From Cenarchaeum sp. (lineage in GTDB: Archaea; Thermoproteota; Nitrososphaeria; Nitrososphaerales; Nitrosopumilaceae), in the NCBI GenBank assembly GCA_965242695.1, contig CBDESU010000002.1, positions 800,001 through 864,000 on the forward strand: a stretch of 64,000 bases of DNA, read 5' to 3'. Shown here piece by piece: positions 61,312-64,000 of this stretch. Positions within the stretch are counted from its first letter, which is position 1. Every line of letters starts with the position of its first letter. The notes beneath the pieces were generated by a model. The model saw nothing but the letters and a program-made list of their open reading frames with translations. It was not told the DNA's origin and ran no database searches. The translations under genes and the position numbers were made by a program.

Positions 61312-61415
61312 TGATGCCGGCCATGATCCGCAACAGCTTTCGCGCGGGCGCTGCCTGGGCGGTGGGCTTGAGATTCTGCGTAGTGATGCCGGCCATGATC
61401 CGCAACAGCTTTCGC
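61308..61415. repeat. Exact 36-bp direct repeat x2 separated by 36 bp
   Basis: GTAGTGATGCCGGCCATGATCCGCAACAGCTTTCGC at 61308 and 61380. Confidence 0.9.
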
Positions 61416-61588
61416 AGGGGGAGCTGCAAATGCGTGTCCGGCGAACCTGGGTCGTCACCGAGCGGGCGGCCAACGCGGCACGCGGGAGGGGTGGCTCCTT
61501 GAGGCGGGGCGGCGGCGGCGCCTCCGCGGAGGCCCGAACGGATGCTCCGCCTGCAGCGAGCCGCACTCCGAGGGCGGCAGGGGTGCAA

Positions 61589-62686
61589 ATGGCCGCCCGC
61601 CGCGACATTCTGGCCAAGCGCGCTAGGGCCCTGGGCTTTGACATGGTGGTCACTACCGAGCCGGAAAACCTGTTCTATTTGACGGGGTTCTGGGGCGAGG
61701 CGTACGGCGTCATGGACGCGCGAGGCCGCGGGGGCCGCGGCGGGGGCCGTCGCGCGACGATCATCGCGCCCGCGCTGGAGGCCGGCAGGGCCGCATCCGA
61801 GGCCGCCGGCGCCGATATAGTCCCGGCGGACCGCGGCTCCGAGCTGGTAAAGTCGCTGGCCGGGATGGTAAAGGGGACAAGGGCGTGCGCCGACTGCCAG
61901 AGCTATCCGCTGATGATGTCGCTCAAGAAGGCCGCCCCGACCCTGCGCCACTCGTCCGAGCCGTTCACCCGTTCTCGCACGGTCAAGGACGCCGGCGAGA
62001 TATCGACCATCAGAAAGGCCTCGAGGATAATCGACGGCATGTTCGAGCTGTGCGCATCCGAGATCAAGGCGGGCATGAGGGAGACCGAGCTCCAGGCCGT
62101 CCTGATGGCGCACGCGACCGAGCGCAGCATGTTCGACACGGGGTACCGCTCGACGCTGAACCCGCTGATCGTCGCCGGCGGCCCCAACGGGGCCCTGCCG
62201 CACGCGCAGGTCACGGGGCGCCGGTTCGCCGACGGAGACCTAATCGTCGTGGATCTGACGCTGCGCCACAGGGGATACGTTACGGACGCGACGCGAACGT
62301 TCGGGCTTGGCCGCGTGCCGCAGCGCGCAAGGGACGCGTACGAGGCCGTAAGGGCGTCGCAGGAGATGGGCCTGCGGGTAGCCAGGGAGGGCGCGACGTG
62401 CGCCAACGTCGATGCGGCGTGCAGGGACAGCCTCCGCGGGGACGGCTGGGCCGAGTACTTTGTCCACTCGACGGGGCACGGCGTCGGGCTCGACGTGCAC
62501 GAGGCGCCGGCCGTGTCGGCAGGCTCCAAGGCCGTGCTGGAAAAAAACATGGTCGTCACCGTCGAGCCGGGCGTGTACGTGCCCGGCAGGTTCGGCGTGC
62601 GCATCGAGGATACCGTCGCGGTGCGCGGCGGGGGAACGGCGCCGGCCGTGCTGCACCGCTTTGGAAAGGACCTGATCGTGCTCTAG
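61589..62686 (+). CDS. Xaa-Pro aminopeptidase (M24)
   Basis: NLFYLTGF, ALPHA, VD, DATRT, HSTGHGVGLDVHE, TVEPG, GVRIED. Confidence 0.94.
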   Translation: MAARRDILAKRARALGFDMVVTTEPENLFYLTGFWGEAYGVMDARGRGGRGGGRRATIIAPALEAGRAASEAAGADIVPADRGSELVKSLAGMVKGTRACADCQSYPLMMSLKKAAPTLRHSSEPFTRSRTVKDAGEISTIRKASRIIDGMFELCASEIKAGMRETELQAVLMAHATERSMFDTGYRSTLNPLIVAGGPNGALPHAQVTGRRFADGDLIVVDLTLRHRGYVTDATRTFGLGRVPQRARDAYEAVRASQEMGLRVAREGATCANVDAACRDSLRGDGWAEYFVHSTGHGVGLDVHEAPAVSAGSKAVLEKNMVVTVEPGVYVPGRFGVRIEDTVAVRGGGTAPAVLHRFGKDLIVL

Positions 62687-62774
62687 GGCCCCGAACGGCG
62701 GCGCTGGCAAAGACTGGCGGCCGCGGGGGCATCCAAGGATGCCACTAATATGGGCCAGCCCTGCGCGCGGCGGC

Positions 62775-63473
62775 ATGGGGCGGCAGCCAAGGCTCGCCGA
62801 CGGGTCGTTCCTGCCCGGGCTGACGCTCGGCGGGATCAAGAGGATGCGCGATGCGGAGGGGAGCAAGAGGAATGCCATGAAGATGCAGGTCGCATACCTC
62901 TACAAGTCCGGCAGGACGGTCAGGGAGGCCGCCGATGCCGCCGGCACAGGGTACGTGAACGCCTGGCGCTGGATAGGAGAGATGTACGAGAGGGGGCCCG
63001 ATGCGCTGTCGCACCGCAGGCCCCCGGGCGCGGCCAGGTGGCTTACGCGCGACGAGTACATCCAGATGGCCATAGACGTGTACAGGGGGCCGCGCGCCTG
63101 CGGGTACGAGACCGACGCATGGTCGTACGCCCTCATCCACAAGCATGTCTGCAAAAAGTACAGGGTCGATATTGGCTACAGTACCCTCGTCCACAACCTG
63201 CACGAGCTGCGCATCGTGATCAAGCCGACGCAGGCTGCCCGTCACGGCAGGGCGCCCGCGGGGAAGCGCGCCGGACTTCGGAGGGAGGCTGGAGGAGCGA
63301 TCCTCGTGTGCACGGGTAGCGGCGGCGGACGCCCGCCCGCGGGCGGGGCCGGGGCCAAAAGAAGGGGGGCGCCCGACCCCGAGATTCGCAGCAGGCTTCC
63401 GCGCCGGCTTGCCAGCTCGGGCCTTCCCGCCGAGTACCTGGCGGACCCCCCGGAGATCCTGCTGAAGCGGTGA
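62775..63473 (+). CDS. IS630-derived HTH + winged-HTH protein, no DDE domain
   Basis: AWRWI...ERGPDAL..R..PG....L, P...GY....WS...I......Y.V...YSTL...L. Confidence 0.65.
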   Translation: MGRQPRLADGSFLPGLTLGGIKRMRDAEGSKRNAMKMQVAYLYKSGRTVREAADAAGTGYVNAWRWIGEMYERGPDALSHRRPPGAARWLTRDEYIQMAIDVYRGPRACGYETDAWSYALIHKHVCKKYRVDIGYSTLVHNLHELRIVIKPTQAARHGRAPAGKRAGLRREAGGAILVCTGSGGGRPPAGGAGAKRRGAPDPEIRSRLPRRLASSGLPAEYLADPPEILLKR

Positions 63474-63554
63474 CTGGGGCGCACCGGGATCTGCCGCGGC
63501 GCGGCCGCATCGCTAGGCGGGGGCGTCGCAGCAGCTCGCCTCTGCATCCCCCTG

Positions 63555-63998
63555 CTACCTCTCTAGTGCGGCCAGCAGGGTGTACAGGTGGCCCCTAGAG
63601 TAATCCACGCCCGTCCTCTTCTTGATTTCCTTGCCGAATTCCTCGGCCGACAGCCTCTTTGCGCCCTTGGCATTCCCGGCGCCCGGCGCCTGCGCATTGC
63701 GCGCAAGGAGCGCATCCCTTGCCTCTGCAAGCACTTCTGCGCCGACCCTTGCCTCCCGCCCGCGGTTTCCCTCGCTGCTCCGGAGCGCATCGACGCCGCC
63801 ACTTTCGTAGGCGGCGCACCACTCGTAGAGGGTCTTTTTGGTGACGTGAAACAGCCACGCAATCCTCCTCATTCCGAGCCGCTCGTACTTGGGCAGCGTT
63901 CGGTCTGCCCTGACAACGCTCACGGCCCGCACCTTGACATCGAACATGTCGCCGCGCTCGTCCAGGGCGCCCTGGAGCTTGGCCCCGGGCCTGTACGT
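63555..63998 (-). CDS. IS630-derived HTH + winged-HTH protein, no DDE domain (5' end beyond the window)
   Basis: TLYEW..AYESGGVDALR...GR, IKKRTGVDYSRGHLY.LL; frame open to the window edge; paralog of 26947-27810. Confidence 0.65.
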   Translation of the reverse strand, partial: TYRPGAKLQGALDERGDMFDVKVRAVSVVRADRTLPKYERLGMRRIAWLFHVTKKTLYEWCAAYESGGVDALRSSEGNRGREARVGAEVLAEARDALLARNAQAPGAGNAKGAKRLSAEEFGKEIKKRTGVDYSRGHLYTLLAALER

Positions 63999-64000
63999 CT

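Noticed and set aside
61308-61415. Bona fide CRISPR array
   Set aside because: Only two repeats, no leader, atypical repeat ends and no cas genes in the window; kept only as a repeat

Overview
This high-GC archaeal window most resembles Nitrososphaerota (Nitrosopumilaceae/Cenarchaeum-like). The evidence is a thaumarchaeal-type gene set (PriS/PriL, aIF2-gamma with rpS6e, aCPSF1, EgsA, AcnX-type phosphomevalonate dehydratase), thaumarchaeal secreted-protein motifs (PLKQ..C..PACV..RGW; VPxWVK..YLI) and an intron-containing tRNA. Most of the window is housekeeping genes plus three tRNAs. The most interesting part is a ~9 kb defence-like island between nth and glyS (about 4550-13240). It holds two paralogous proteins that fuse a MORC/GHKL ATPase to an AbiEi-like antitoxin domain. 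The first is translationally coupled to an AbiEii-type nucleotidyltransferase toxin and the second has lost its toxin. They bracket a Type IIG restriction-modification enzyme, and each is preceded by the same TATAACAW-N7-ATGTTATA palindrome. Other highlights are a 93-bp TA-flanked MITE splitting a ~1675-aa secreted metalloprotease gene in frame, four IS630-derived HTH-only genes without a DDE domain, an FKBP protein with a 251-codon poly-Asp tail, paralogous Cys-rich secreted proteins and several two-copy intergenic direct repeats. All calls come from motif recognition by eye; no database searches were run.
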